Origin: Curvularia clavata
Taxonomy: Eukaryota
DNA: 64,000 nt
NCBI GenBank assembly: GCA_023920165.1
Contig: CP089280.1
Span: 2,666,001-2,730,000, forward strand
Direction: 5' to 3'
Shown piece by piece: positions 26,090-39,232 of this stretch. How positions within the stretch are numbered: the first letter of the stretch is position 1; every line of letters begins with the position of its first letter. Position numbers and translations under genes: made by a program. The notes beneath the pieces were generated by a model. That model searched no databases. It worked only from the letters and a program-made list of their open reading frames with translations, and was not told where the DNA came from.

Positions 26090-26493
26090 TACGTCACAGT
26101 TTTGCAGCACTTACAGCAGTTAGACGTTGGAATAATCAGACTAACTAATCTAAGACGTTGAATTGACCTGGATTGGTCGGCTATAAAGCTTAAAATCTCG
26201 ACAAAGATGAGACATTTCTTGACTGAATTCTTGTATTCCATTAGCTTATTAGATAGAGAAAAACGTAAGGATTCTAAATACATTCCTTTTACTATTCGAT
26301 ACTTAATACTTAATAGAGCTAAGGTTAGTTCTGATCTTAGTTCCTAATTTCTTAGTAGACTGGTACATGGGTCTCCACACCGGACATTCAAAGACGCGAA
26401 TCCCATCTGGATTCGCGCTGAAATAGATCTAGCATTAGAGTTTCATACTAAATTTAGCTATTTTGTACTCTCTAGTTTATATATTTTAACTTC

Positions 26494-26702
26494 TGTCAGG
26501 ATCTGGCCGAAATTGGGCCAATCTAGCCCAATCTTATCCAACTTAACCAACCTTAGTTAGTAATAGACTACCTAGGACTATAAAGTTCTAGTAGTCGCTA
26601 GAGAAGCTTGATAGCGATTCGTCTCGTGAATATACAGCGGCCAACGCATAGTTTTTTCCTATCTATCTCGTACTGTACCACCACCCAACGAATAGTCTAA
26701 CA
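26494..26702. repeat. RIP-diverged solo LTR of family B, inverted
   Basis: tgtcaggatctggcc...gatagcgattcgtctcgtgaata...gtctaaca, 209 bp. No clean TSD. Confidence 0.85.
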
Positions 26703-27363
26703 GCCCGATAACTGTTTCTAGACGATCGGTGGTAGTATTTGAAGCTGTTACGAACGAAGATACTGCTCTTGAAGGTAATACTGTTGAGTGCACCAAATTC
26801 TACAGAACATGGAGTAGGATCTGATCAACTTTGACGCGATAAATAAACGGAAACGTAACAATGTAGTTGTTGAATAGACTGTAGGATCTTACACGTCAAG
26901 GCACGTGATCTCAGCCACGTGATCAGAAGATGTATGGGATAAATAGAGCACTAAACTTGAGTAGCTACCAATTCAATGATCCGTCTCCCAGCTCGTTCCT
27001 ATGCTCGTTCTCCTGCAACAGTAGTTAACCCAAAAAACCAGCTGGTATCCATGAGACATCTTTGATCAAGTGTTGCATAGCAAAAAGGTACTCCCAAGTG
27101 GAATTCTCGTCTAGCAACATAGCGGTGTAATGCTTCTGGTGGCATTTCGCGGTTGTGGCAGCTTGCTTCAGCCAACTGTCATTTGCGAAGCTGCTGGGCG
27201 AATGTTGAAGCGTCCTGGGTCGCCGCAAGACAAGACGAGGGCCACAGCGTGCACATCCGCAACATTCCTTGTTGCGCCCGAAGCGATGCTCTTGATAAGG
27301 ACCTGTAACCGCCTTGATGTCCTTATTCTTGTTTGTAATTTTGAGTTCATATGCCTGAACTAC

Positions 27364-27572
27364 TGTCAGGATCTGGCCCAAATTGGATCAGTTTGGTCCT
27401 GTTCCCTCCTTCTCTACGCTAGTTAGTCAGCTAGGGCTTACTTAAGGATATAAAGCCTTCATAATCGCTAGAGGCACTCGATAGCGATTCGTCTCGTGAA
27501 TACATGGCTGTTAACGCATAACTCTCTCCCATCTATCTCGTGCTGTACCTTTATCCTACTAACAGTCTAACA
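27364..27572. repeat. Solo LTR of family B, inverted
   Basis: Reverse-complement match to 39902-40110, 209 bp. ACTAC TSD. Confidence 0.93.
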
Positions 27573-29533
27573 ACTACTACAGACGGTCCAGTCCTTCTGT
27601 ATCGAATTTAGCGCCTTGGCAACTGTCTGTCAGACGTTGCTGCTTTTCGTCCTGTTCGCGTCACCACAACGATCATCCTTGTTCACGCGAAAACCTACAA
27701 GTCCTCGTTCTTGGCCATGGGTTCCTGCATACGCACACAGCGGAGCCTCGCGCAATGACTGGCTGCTCTGTGAATTGTCTTTGAGACAACGGATGTTTTC
27801 AGGCTTGTCGGCCTACCAACCCTCAGCATTCTGCACCTGTAAGGTAAGTCTACGATGTTTGAACATTCATTGGAATCCGATGCGTGTTGGCCATGTTGTC
27901 AGGGCATATTGCTTGGCATACTTGGCAGCTGACATTGGTGACATTTTCAAAGAAATCGCCAGTTTCAACTCTATTTAGCTCGTTCTTATTGTTGTCAGAA
28001 CTTATGAAATGTAGACGAAAAGTACATTGGAGTATATCAATCGCATTTCTAGCTTCTAAAATAAAATTGCACTTAGGGTTGCGGTAAAATTGCATTGTAG
28101 AACGCAAAAGTTACCATTTTCGGTAGTTAGTTTGATTGGGGACAAATTTCAAAACCTTAAGGACAAATCACGCCAGCCCAAGCCCCTGCTGTCGTTCGAC
28201 CACTTCGGCAAGTTCTACTGGTATCCAACCACGCGGCTAAGGATTGTCGCTGTGGACAGAAAATATGAAAGACCCATCATACATACGAAAAGTTAACATC
28301 CAGACCCTATATGCCCCATGTTTCATGTGGGGCAAGCAACGTTCAGCCCAGCTAAGGTGCTGGCGGCTGCTGGTTCGACTGGTTCGTCTCATAGGGTCGG
28401 AGGGTTGTGGTATTCAGTTATAGAAGTCTTGGAAAAACTATGCCTTCGCAGTTGAAAACATTCTGGGTTTCGGTTGATTTAGGAGGCGAGCTTTTGAGAT
28501 CAGGGGTCTGGGCTCCGAAAGTGGGGTACCCAAGCCACCACCACCCTAGATGAAGAAACTTATGGGAGATGCTGCATTCTCTTAACCACGACTTTCCCAG
28601 AAAGAAATAATTCCCTCCGCCCAAAGAAAGCCAGTGCTTAACGAGTAAGCTTATCGCAATGAAGGATTAGGGAGATCTTTAGGAACGCCATTTGGGGAAA
28701 CTCTGGGGGTTTCATTCGGGGTTTCGAAATGGTGATCAATTACATTACCAAGGTTTGCATTCGGTCATACTTTCAAGATCTAATGGAAGGTCGGCCATAA
28801 AAGCAGCCTGGATGAGAATTCAATTCCCTGGTAGAACAGGGATACCGCAGCTGCGAAGCACATACCTGAGGCGAGCCAAGTTCATCTCCGTCAAGGGTGA
28901 AGCAAGATCTCAGAAATATCCTAATCGCCGTCGTCTAGATCAGCACCCTGAAAAAATACGTTTATCATGAGTTTTCTAAATAGAATATGGACGAATTGAA
29001 TTTCGATGCGAATTCTTTCAACCAGAATTATATACGAAGTTGGGCGACTAACTAACAATAAACAGCTGGGGGTGGTCTCTCGTGGGAAGTTGGTTAGCAT
29101 GGACGGAGACGAGCTTGGCTCACCTTGGCCTTTAAAAAATACAAGGATTGAGAATTCGGCTTTAAATAAAGATAATGAAACTTGACAGGTTCCTCTTTCG
29201 TTATAGAGCCCAATAAAAATATTATCAATTATTGTTTGTAGACACAATACAATCAGAATTCTTGTATATAAATGGTCTCTGCAATTTCTTTCTAGTTTGT
29301 AAAAGTCAGCAATCCATTCTACTTCTACTACTCACACAACAATACCTTCACACTATTTCAAACGAGTAAGCTCTATTCAGAGTCTTGCTTTGGGGCCTTA
29401 GAGTATGTCCCTATGTGTTAACACTTTAGAGGTGGTAACTAATAGCCTACAGCTCAATATCAGTCTCAAAACTTCTTTTCTATCTCATCGTGTTGAGGAG
29501 TTGATCTCTCATACTACTACTATCTCACTCAAT

Positions 29534-30030
29534 AGTAAGTTTACACCGGAAAGACTAATCTTGAAAATCCATACTAAGAGTGTGTAGTGTACGCCTCAAA
29601 GATTGCAATTGCCGCCGCTGCCTTCTTCGTTAGCTCGACTACTGCGCTCCTCGTTGGCTGGGATGCTACTGGAAATGATTGCAGCGTAGCATCAGCCAAT
29701 GCATGCATTGTACGAGGAGGCGATCCAACTCTGGCTGGCGATAGAGCTGAGTTCGGCGATGGCAACGCTTGTGCAGATGAAACAATGTCTTACACATCCG
29801 ATGTGGCAAAAGGCATTGACGACGCCGGAAACACAGGCTTCTGTACCATCACCGTGAAGACGAACGATGGCTGTTGTGTAAACGGAAAGTGTTCCGCTGG
29901 GGAGATTGATCTTGATCGCCAGGTGGTGAAGACTGCATTTGCTTTCGAACCGCAAACGATTGGAGATGTTACATTCTCGGCTGGATGTGCTCCAGGCGCT
30001 TTTATCCAAGGCGAGCTTCGCATTATATAA
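29534..30030 (+). CDS. Small secreted cysteine-rich protein (147 aa, 8 Cys), effector candidate; start codon split by an intron
   Basis: A(29534), intron 29535-29587 (gtaagt..actaa..tag), then TG gives ATG. Signal peptide MYASKIAIAAAAFFVSSTTA. Probable 5'UTR intron at 29366-29452; TATATAAA at ~29266. Confidence 0.82.
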
Positions 30031-31341
30031 GAAGCCTTCTGGGATTTGAGAGGAGCAATACTTGCAGTATGAACAGAGATTGGCTAAAAGAGTCGATGAA
30101 AGCTTGTATCTCGCTTCCTTTTACTTCAGAGACTATGGGGCTTCCAACTAGTTTAGATTTTGACCTTTTGCTAAGCTTCTCTCTTATCTGCCAGCCTCGA
30201 TTTAGTGAACAGTAGTCCTGGTAGTACTTGGCAAATAGATTGATTAGGCTTAGCTCAGTTGCGCCTTTCAAGCTCTTTCTCCCGAAAACCAGATCTACTT
30301 GAGTGCAATACTTCTTTAGAACAACTTTCATCATACTTCCTCAAGTTATGAATTCATTCATTTATCCACCTGGGTGATGCTGCTGGAGGTCTCGCAACAA
30401 CTTCATCGTTCCCTGACGTCGTCACAACGTTTTCTTGACCTCATGAGCTTGGAGTTTGCAATCTAGAATACACATCAGTTGTTTTGAGATCTGGGAAAAG
30501 CAGGATTGACTAACTTGAAGCCGTGCTTTCGACCCCGCCGATGCCCAGGTAAGTCGCATTGCAATGACTTGCGCGTACACCTAACGCACCGCGTGTCCTG
30601 CGCCACCTTGTAGCACTTCATCTTAACTTTGCGGCATTGTAGACAAGCATGTGGTCTTAAAGCAAACAGATCAGTGAACGCGCAACTGCAGAGTCGATCT
30701 GGGGCTGGCTCACACTGCTCTCAAAGATTCGGAACCGAGCGCCTCATGGGCCTCCGTCATCCTGGATATGGGTATCGGACATTGAGGTCAATCTATGCCC
30801 GGATGAATATCGCAGTAGCATGTCAGTAGTATGCTGTCGAACGGGTAAGGTGTCTTATCTGTGTCACTTTTCCACGCTAACCACTTTGGCGCCTGTCCTT
30901 TCGCACAGTTGACACTTGCAGATTGCTTTCCACATGCAGCAACCAAGCACTTATCACATTCTCCACCCATACGTTCTCTAGTCATGAATGCTATATGGCG
31001 CATTACGCAAACGCATGTCCCGACAGTCGGCAGCCACCCTGGTATGAAGCTCTTACAGTAATAGGAACCTCTCGGAAAACGTTGACCCCGCACCACTCTT
31101 CCCGAAGCAATTCAACACAATCGCCAAGAGAATGAACCAGCTTTCTTTGGTAAAGTTGGTGCAATCTCGGCCCACTTCGTTATCATTTGCGCGTATCGCC
31201 GGTGTTCTACTATAGATTGAGACACCGGTGGCTGGCACGTGCGCTCCTCCATCAATAGTCCTCATTGCTCTACGAAAGGGTAAAGCAGTCAAGCAAGTCG
31301 GCACCAGATCTACACGAACCTGAATACTACGCATCTAAAAC

Positions 31342-33009
31342 ATGGCCGTCATACCACGCTCGAAAGCCAAGACGGCGCATGTCAACATGATGACCGACAC
31401 TATCATAGCTAACCTCCCGGCGGACGCACTTCGAAGCGTAATCAGAGTCATTTTGACAACGGAGCCATCAGTTACAAGTATTCTCGAGGAGCAAACGCGA
31501 ATTCATCTGAGGAAAATTGCCAATCAGCCCGTTGGTCAGCTGTTCCAATCGACGGCAGAGGGGATTGCGTCGACATCGAACTTCACACACGTCCAGCAGC
31601 GCCTACGCTCCGCCATAGGGTGTGGACTGGTACTCGACAGCTTTCCAATACTCAATGTTATTGTAGACGAGTCCTCTAGCCTAAATGATGGACAAGACGT
31701 GTATCGGTCGGCTGAGCTTGACCGATGCCTAGCTTCTGTAGACGGCGATATCGTGCAGGCATTAACTGCGATCCAAAAACGCCTGTCATCCGATGGTGGC
31801 AGTAGGGCCCTTAATGACGACGAGAAGCTTGTGATGAACTCCCTCTTTGATTCATTACTTCGATGTCGTCAAAGATGGCTTGCTTCTGCAGCGGAATTTC
31901 CTTTTGACCGAAGCACAGCAGTCATTGCAACGATGCTTGGCCGCGAAAGTGGTATACCGACACTGACTTATCAAAATGTTTCTCATCAAGACTTAGTTCA
32001 TGAACGAAATACATCCAGATGCTTGGAGACTTTCCAAATAAAGGGCATCGAGCTTCCTAAATTGTTTGCAGGGCTCTGGCAGTTGTCAAGTCCATCATGG
32101 GGTACTGCATCTCAGACACAAATGTTCAAGCAATTCGTCGAATACATCGAAAGCGGCTTCACTGCGTTCGACATGGCTGACCATTACGGAGATGCTGAAG
32201 TCATTTTTGGTCGGCTGAGGTCCTCACTATCCAAGTCTGATGCCGTCTTCGGTGCCACAAAGTACTGCGTCTTTCACAAGACCACCGTGACGCCTGCGGT
32301 GATCCGCGCAAATGTCACTGAGCGTTGTCAGCGTATGAGTGTCGACAAGGTCGACCTTTTGCAATTCCATTGGCAAGACTACGAAGACCACCAGTATATC
32401 GAAGCACTGCGACTTTTACAGCAGGACGAACGAGTTCGACATCTGGGACTATGCAACTTCGACACAGCGCGGCTTCAAGAAGTGATAGACGACGGCATCG
32501 ATGTTGTCACCAACCAAGTTCAATTTTCTCTAATCGATGCACGACCACGGTTTAGGATGGGCGAGGTCTGCGCGCGGCACAATGTGAAACTCCTCACATA
32601 TGGTACTCTTTGTGGAGGCTTCCTTGCTGAGAAGTGGCTCGGCAAACCTGAGCCACAGCTGTTTGGTCCAGATACGACGCCCTCGCAAAGAAAATACTTC
32701 GAAATGATCCAGACATGGGGTGATTGGGATCTGTTCCAGGCCTTGCTGCAGACTCTGAAGGCTATAGCGACCAAGCATAATGTCTCGATCTCGAACGTCG
32801 CTTCAAGATGGGTTCTCGACTTCCCGTACGTGGGTGCGGTTATCATTGGCGCGCGGATGGGTATTAGTGAGCATACAGAAGAGAATTCGAAGACGTATGG
32901 ATGGAAACTTGATGAAGAAGACCAGAAGCGCATAGAAGAAATCCTCGAAAAAAGCAGAAGGGAAGAGGTGTTCAGAGTCATGGGGGATTGCGGTAGTGAA
33001 TATCGGTAA
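31342..33009 (+). CDS. Aldo/keto reductase with an ~230-aa N-terminal extension (intronless)
   Basis: GLWQLS, FTAFDMADHYGDAE, ATKYC, DLLQFHW, LGLCNFD, NQVQFSLID, LLTYGTLCGGFL, VIIGAR. Confidence 0.93.
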   Translation: MAVIPRSKAKTAHVNMMTDTIIANLPADALRSVIRVILTTEPSVTSILEEQTRIHLRKIANQPVGQLFQSTAEGIASTSNFTHVQQRLRSAIGCGLVLDSFPILNVIVDESSSLNDGQDVYRSAELDRCLASVDGDIVQALTAIQKRLSSDGGSRALNDDEKLVMNSLFDSLLRCRQRWLASAAEFPFDRSTAVIATMLGRESGIPTLTYQNVSHQDLVHERNTSRCLETFQIKGIELPKLFAGLWQLSSPSWGTASQTQMFKQFVEYIESGFTAFDMADHYGDAEVIFGRLRSSLSKSDAVFGATKYCVFHKTTVTPAVIRANVTERCQRMSVDKVDLLQFHWQDYEDHQYIEALRLLQQDERVRHLGLCNFDTARLQEVIDDGIDVVTNQVQFSLIDARPRFRMGEVCARHNVKLLTYGTLCGGFLAEKWLGKPEPQLFGPDTTPSQRKYFEMIQTWGDWDLFQALLQTLKAIATKHNVSISNVASRWVLDFPYVGAVIIGARMGISEHTEENSKTYGWKLDEEDQKRIEEILEKSRREEVFRVMGDCGSEYR

Positions 33010-33797
33010 TGGGCTAGTCAACAAGAGCTATTGACTAGTCTGTCTGGATAGGTTCTTCTTTGAAGTTCTTAGAGTAGCTGTTAAAAATATGAGAGCAATG
33101 TGCTTTGGTGTTGACCATGGGAACAGCGTCTTCCTAGCCCGTATTAGATCAGCCCGTGCGCTCGCTCCCTATTCTTGTGCCTGTGCCCACCGCGCGACCA
33201 CTTTCTGATGCTCATGTCGACGGGATCATTCCCTTCACGGACGCTTTGATTTATATCTCGGAATATGCGCAATTGGCATACGCTCACAAGCTCCCACCTC
33301 TCCTGCCACGGCTGACGTCACCTCCAAACATACGCGCCGCCTTACTCTGCTGTTCCCCCAGCGTCCGTCGTCGCCCCCATCGCCGTCCTAATTACCACGA
33401 CTTAGACTACCGACATACTACAGACATTCCGGCCGAATGTCTTGGATCTGCAGCGAGACGCAGACATCACCGCGCTTTTGAGGGCAGCGTAAGGATTGAG
33501 AGGATCATGATTGGGGGCAGAATCATACTGGTGACAATGATCGGGATCGTCTGAAAGGCTCTTTGAAGCTTCTAGCAACGCTTCCACGCGTCATAAGTCG
33601 GATATTGACACCATGATCATGTTTAGTGTGACGACTGTCTACGACATCCCAGGGCGCGCGCTGGAAGCGCCTACGGCCATGCCTCCAACCCCGCCAATCC
33701 TCAGACTTCCTCCACATAAGATGATGTGCTGAAAAAGCAGGAAAAACTGTTCCATCATAGGTATATCCATTCGAAATCCTCCTTGGTATTTCAAACC

Positions 33798-34207
33798 TCA
33801 AGAGTTTCCTTCCAGACCAACTACCGTGGTATCCGCATGACTGAAAGTCCGCAACCCAGTCCTCATGATCTTAAGCTGGGATTTGCAATTCGGATCCGGA
33901 CATGCAATCAATGCATCTGTGGACATCCAGTCATGTGCGTGGGTTGGTCGCTGCTTGGCTGCTAGCAGAGGCAGTACTGCGGCTAGATTACAAGCTCGTC
34001 AGTCCTGGAAGTATGCAGCAACTGTGTATACAACTCACCTAAGCTGTAAAAGCTTATGCCTTGGCCATCAGGAAGATGTAGCATCTCGCCTTGAACAATA
34101 AAGTAGTCTCCTTCCTTGGCTCCGCACAAAATGCGCTCGCCTGCTGGACATACCATCTCGACCCGCAAGTCGTACAATTGGAAAGAGTCGCCCTTGACCG
34201 ATGACAT
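33798..34207 (-). CDS. TIGR04076-like small Cys protein (~117 aa, one intron)
   Basis: Exon 1 MSSVKGDSFQLYDLRVEMVCPAGERILCGAKEGDYF..GQGISFYSL; intron 33983-34038; exon 2 AAVLPLLAAKQRPTHAHDWMSTDALIACPDPNCKSQLKIMRTG..*. Family assignment is from recalled motif resemblance. Confidence 0.8.
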
Positions 34208-34623
34208 CTTCGTTGGCTTTGAGAAACTGGTGATATTTTGCAATGAATACTATACTCACATCGTGCTCTCTCGACTTCTATTGTCCCACTTGGAGTAAGG
34301 TGGGGCCACCGGCATTCTAGCAGGGCAGGTACCACCGGCATCCCAAGAACCCCAGCTTATCGCCGCTTTCGGGCGTCCTGCCCCTATCAAAGTGTAAAAC
34401 CCCGCTATCAGTGACCAGGAGTCATGGAATCAAGCATAGAATGCCAAGCTGACAAGAGAGATAAGCAATGTGCTTCTGCTAACATCGTTGCTCGAATTAA
34501 AGGCCGGTCCTGGCTACATCAAGAACATATGACTAAGCGCGGAGACCTGATAATACTTGCTATTGCGCGCTGAGTTTACTATGCACAATTGCCATCGCAC
34601 GCTTCCATGCAGTGATTAATATC

Positions 34624-36396
34624 ATGGACTTCCCAAAGAAAGATGCTATGCAACTCGCCCAAACCTCTGCGTCGAGTTCAGACATTGAGAATAGAGTCAT
34701 GGGCACGACCTATGAAGTCAAACGCGACCTTGGGCGTCACCATATCAACATGATCGCAATAGCTGGCATGATCGTGAGTCAACTTTTCTCCAAATTCATC
34801 TCACCTGCCCCTATACTCATGGAAACAAATCGTAGGGTACCGGACTGTTCCTGGCATCTGGCCAGGCAATCGCTACCGCAGGACCAGTTGGCGCTCTCTT
34901 AGGATACCTGTGTATGGGTTTGATCGCTTGCGGTGTTGCCCTCTCTGCAGGAGAGATGTCGGCTTTCACACCCGTTACTGGAGGCTTCGTTCGCCATGCC
35001 ACCAGATTCGTGCAGCCAGCACTCGGTATTGCCACCGGATGGAATTTCTGGTACACCATGGCGATTACTGCGCCAGCTGAGCTTGCTGCCGCTGCGACCT
35101 TGATCAACTTCTGGGACAACAGTATCAACCATGCCATCTGGTACTCGGTTTTCATCGTCATCATCGTGACTATCAATTTCTGTGGTGTGAAGGTCTATGG
35201 TGAGGTGAGTCATGATATACACTGTTTTTGGCATGCTGTCTCATAAAATCCAGAGCGAGGTCTTTTTCGCAGTTCTCAAAATCCTGCTTATTATAGGTCT
35301 CATCATGGCCGGTCTTGTAGTGGATCTGGGAGGGTCTCCTAGTGGCGACCGAATCGGCTTTCGATACTGGAAAAACCCCGGACCTTTCAATGATTATATC
35401 GTCCCTGGTGATACTGGCAAGTTTCTTGGGTTCTGGAGCTCCTTGATCTCAGCGGCCTATAGCTACGCCAACATCCAGGTGGTCGCCATAGCTGGCGCTG
35501 AGACAAAGAACCCGAGAGTCACCATCCCGAACGCAATACGAATGACCTTCTGGCGAGTGCTCGTATTCTACGTTATCAGCATCCTCATTGTTGGTATGCT
35601 TGTACCATTCAAGGACCCGAATCTCGGCATCGCTACTGGCGACGCCCAGCAGAGTCCCTTCGTCATTGCATTTCAGCGCGCTGGTATCAGCGTCCTTCCC
35701 TCGATCATCAACGCCATAGTATGCACATCAGCCTTCAGCTGTGGTTCTGCATGCATTTTCCTTGCATCACGTACCTTGTATGGGCTAGCAGAGGACGGAC
35801 AAGCTCCTAAAGCTCTGCTTCGAACCAACAGGTTCGGAACACCATACTTGGCGATTGGAGCCTCGCTCATCTTTATGCGTCTTGTGTATCTCAGTTTGGG
35901 AAGCAATTCTTCGTTAGCGTTCGGATGGTTCGTTAACATCACAACGATTGCTGGGCTTATTGGGTAGCTTGTCATCGAAGGTACTTACCTGAGGTTCTAC
36001 TACGCCTTGAAGGTTCAAGATATCAGCCGAGACCGTAGGTGGACCGTCGTTCCCTTTGCCGAAATGATGTTGATGTGTTCAGGTCTTGCGTACAAGAGCC
36101 CCATGCAGCCATATCTCGCTTGGGTCACGGGAGGCGCGCTCGTCCTCGTTATCTTGTTCTCAGGCTACAGCGTCTTTTTTTCAGATCGATGGAGCGTGGG
36201 CACGTTTCTCACGTATTACATTGATATTGCCATCTTTGTCTTCTTGTGGGTTGCAGGGTTCTGTTACGCGAGGTCTGGAATCATCGCTCTGCAAGACGTT
36301 GATCTCTCGGAGATTACTGATGTTGATCACGACAAGACGCTGATATTGAACTCTACGGAACAGAACCTGTGTTGGTGGAGGAAATGGATTGCCTAG
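34624..36396 (+). pseudogene. Amino-acid permease (APC/YAT family) with an in-frame TAG at 35965-35967
   Basis: RHHINMIAIAGMIGTGLFL, GEMSAFTP, ATGWN, YGESEVFF, IGFRYWKNPGPF, AGAETKNP, SPFV. Introns ~34774-34837, ~35206-35253, 36035-36082. GLIG*LVIEGTYLRF occurs where a Trp is expected. Confidence 0.85.
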
Positions 36397-37099
36397 TTTC
36401 CGGAGAATGTAATGAACATTTGTGATGAAGATGTCTCTGCCATCCAGGTGTGCACAGCCTTAATCAAATTGTGGTGTAGCGTGCATTTTCATGAAGGCGA
36501 GCTTGGGCTCCGGATGGATAGATGAACTTCTCACGCATGATCAGTTCCTCCGCACTCCAAGGACTGACCACATGATATGCGGATCTTTTTACATGTCATT
36601 GCAGGAATTCTATTCACACCACAAGACAAGTAGTCGAGTTGGTGGAATATATGATTGCTGATCTCTCAATGCTGGCTCGGTTGCTCTTGTGCAGATGGCA
36701 AAATCTAGCATCTAAATAAGGCGATGGCAGGCGGCAATGACGCAAATGAACAAGAGGTACGAAGGAGAACAAGTAGCCGTAAAAGCGCCACAGCAAGGAT
36801 GTGGCGACTATTTGTTGATTGCAATTTGAACTTAATTTGAAAATATATGTGAAACATGCTCATCTTCCGGATGGCATACGTTGTAGCGGCTTATTGACCA
36901 GTACGTGCCACAATCACCCTTTTTCCTTTTGGCTCTGTCCGTATTCTTAATATGTTTTACCACAAACACCGACCTAAAGATAGTCACTGCAGCTCTTATT
37001 CAGAATCCTCAATCCCATAGTATTGTATCTTCCAGGGTATACCACAGTCTAGCGATCTTTAATGTTCTAAAGCTTCTAGATCTTTCTTGTCACAGCGTG

Positions 37100-37640
37100 T
37101 GAATTGCTTCAGGTCAGGAAGTACGACATTGATAAGTTCTGATGTAGCCTCATACAGTAAGTGGTAGGTGTACACATGTGTCGACTACTGTGAGATATGC
37201 GGGGTTGTTGCGACACTTTCAACAAGGGCTCTTGAAACGCAGGTGTCATGTAGATGGACAGCGGTTTCGAGAAGTGTGATTTGTGTCTTGTCAATCGCCC
37301 GGATGTTAGAGCACACGGAGAGGTCGATGTTAGCACCTGCTTGAAGACAGATTTGTATGGCGGTTGCACGTCCGGATCGAACACCAATAAAGATAGGAGC
37401 TGTTCCTTTGCTGACATCTCCGATATGCTGGAAGAGCTCTTCAGTAGTCGCAGAGCTATCGTTAGCGCACACAGCAATAATCATGTCACGTTCAATCCCG
37501 TTCTTGCTACCAGTATTGAAGCTGGGAACGGCCCTAAGTTCTGTAACTCATGGCCCGAGCAATGTGTCGATGTGCTGGTGACCCATCCATAGTAAGTATA
37601 CTTTGAAGGAAAGGGCAGATTCTTCTCGTAGTAGTCAAGC
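37100..37640 (-). pseudogene. Possible degraded ankyrin-repeat gene fragment
   Basis: APIFIGVRSGRATAIQICLQAGANID..TLLETAVHLHD..VSRALVE resembles ankyrin repeats. Flanking frames are broken. Confidence 0.35.
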
Positions 37641-39232
37641 AGTAGCTGAGCGGAGAGAATATATATGGAATTCAGTGTGACGTTGATAATTCCTGATATT
37701 GCGAAAATTCGGGAAGGATCAGTGGAGAAAGTTTACGTTGACGGGGGCTGTGCCCCGAAATGACGGAGAATGCTATTGAGCAATGTCAAGTGACGCATTT
37801 GTACCGCGAACCAGATAGGCTGCTTGCTGATGAATTGGTCTCTCTCTGCGGCATTAGGCTTGGGAGAATTTTGGAAGGAAGACGATGATTGCCGGCGGCT
37901 AGGACAGCGCAAATCCTATCTTGATAGGGAAGGCCCGGGAGAACGCCCGGACCGAGCAATCTTGAGCCGTAGCGACACCCAACACGATCGCACCACAAGG
38001 CATAAATTACATCATTCACCGAGAGGATCTTGCTCAAACCGTTGTAAGTTTTCTCCATGACTTCGGTACGTCGCTCTTTGTCTTCACAATTTATCTGCTC
38101 CACGATGTACTGAGCCATACATTGGAGCCTTGTAAACATTCTCAAGTTCATAATGCCTGGCTTCCGGGAGCAACGAGTCAAAACCTGTATACAGAGTAGA
38201 GATCGATACAGTTTGGTAGGCACGAAGGTGTCGTTTTCCTGGTATACTTCCCCATCATCTATACTAGAGTTAGTCCACGCGTTCTAACGCAAGCTATAAA
38301 GAGAACAAGAGACGTACTGATCCCAATGCTCTTCCATGTAATTCAGCAGATGGTTCCTGCTTTTTTTTTAAGTCTTCTTTGGTACACTCTTCGTCTTTGG
38401 AAACCTCCAATTGTTGAATATAATACTCGGGCGGATGGTCGTTCTGAAGGGAGAGCAAAGCTTCCTTCTCGTCGTCTTTATCAGCAAACGCATCGGCATA
38501 TGTCAGGTCGGTATCTGGATCAACTTCATCACTTGTAGGACCAGCATAATCACTCTCCTTAAGTGAATTTCCGGGTTTGAAGGAGAAGCTAGGGGGCTGC
38601 TCGACTAACGAACGTCGTTGCAGGTCACCGCAGTCTGCCAGCAGGCAGGCGTACGACGCAGAAAAGAGGTGCTAGGAGAAGGCTGAACTTGAAAGACATA
38701 AAAATGAGGCTTACGCAGCAAAGGAAGAAGAGAGAACTAGTAGCTCCGATTTTGTGACGCTCCAGGAAGCTGATCAAGGGGACATAAGTAGTTCGCTGGC
38801 AAAGGAGCCATAGTTTGAGTCAGTATCATAGGTCGCAAGGGTAGGTCATGAGCATGCTTGCACATTTGCAGCCGCAGCTTGGACAGCGATAGAATTAGGA
38901 ATCTCGACGCAGACGCCAACTGAAGCAGAAAATCCGAAAAGCAAGTTGCCTCTAGCCGCTGTTGACAAAATTAGAGATGTTTTGCGGCAAATAACCCTCC
39001 AGAAACAACGTTGCGAACCGCCAGAATCGGCCATGAAAACGCCGTCTAATTGTTTAATATCGTAAGAATTCTACTAGCTTGTTTTTTCAAATATTGGATT
39101 AGCTAGTCTTAATCTTGAAATTTAATAGTAGCTTATTAATACACTAATATCTATTAACCAGATCATCTTCTACTAGTTAAGTAGAACGTAAAATAAAACT
39201 ACAATAAAAAATAGCTTATTTGACATTAGCTA

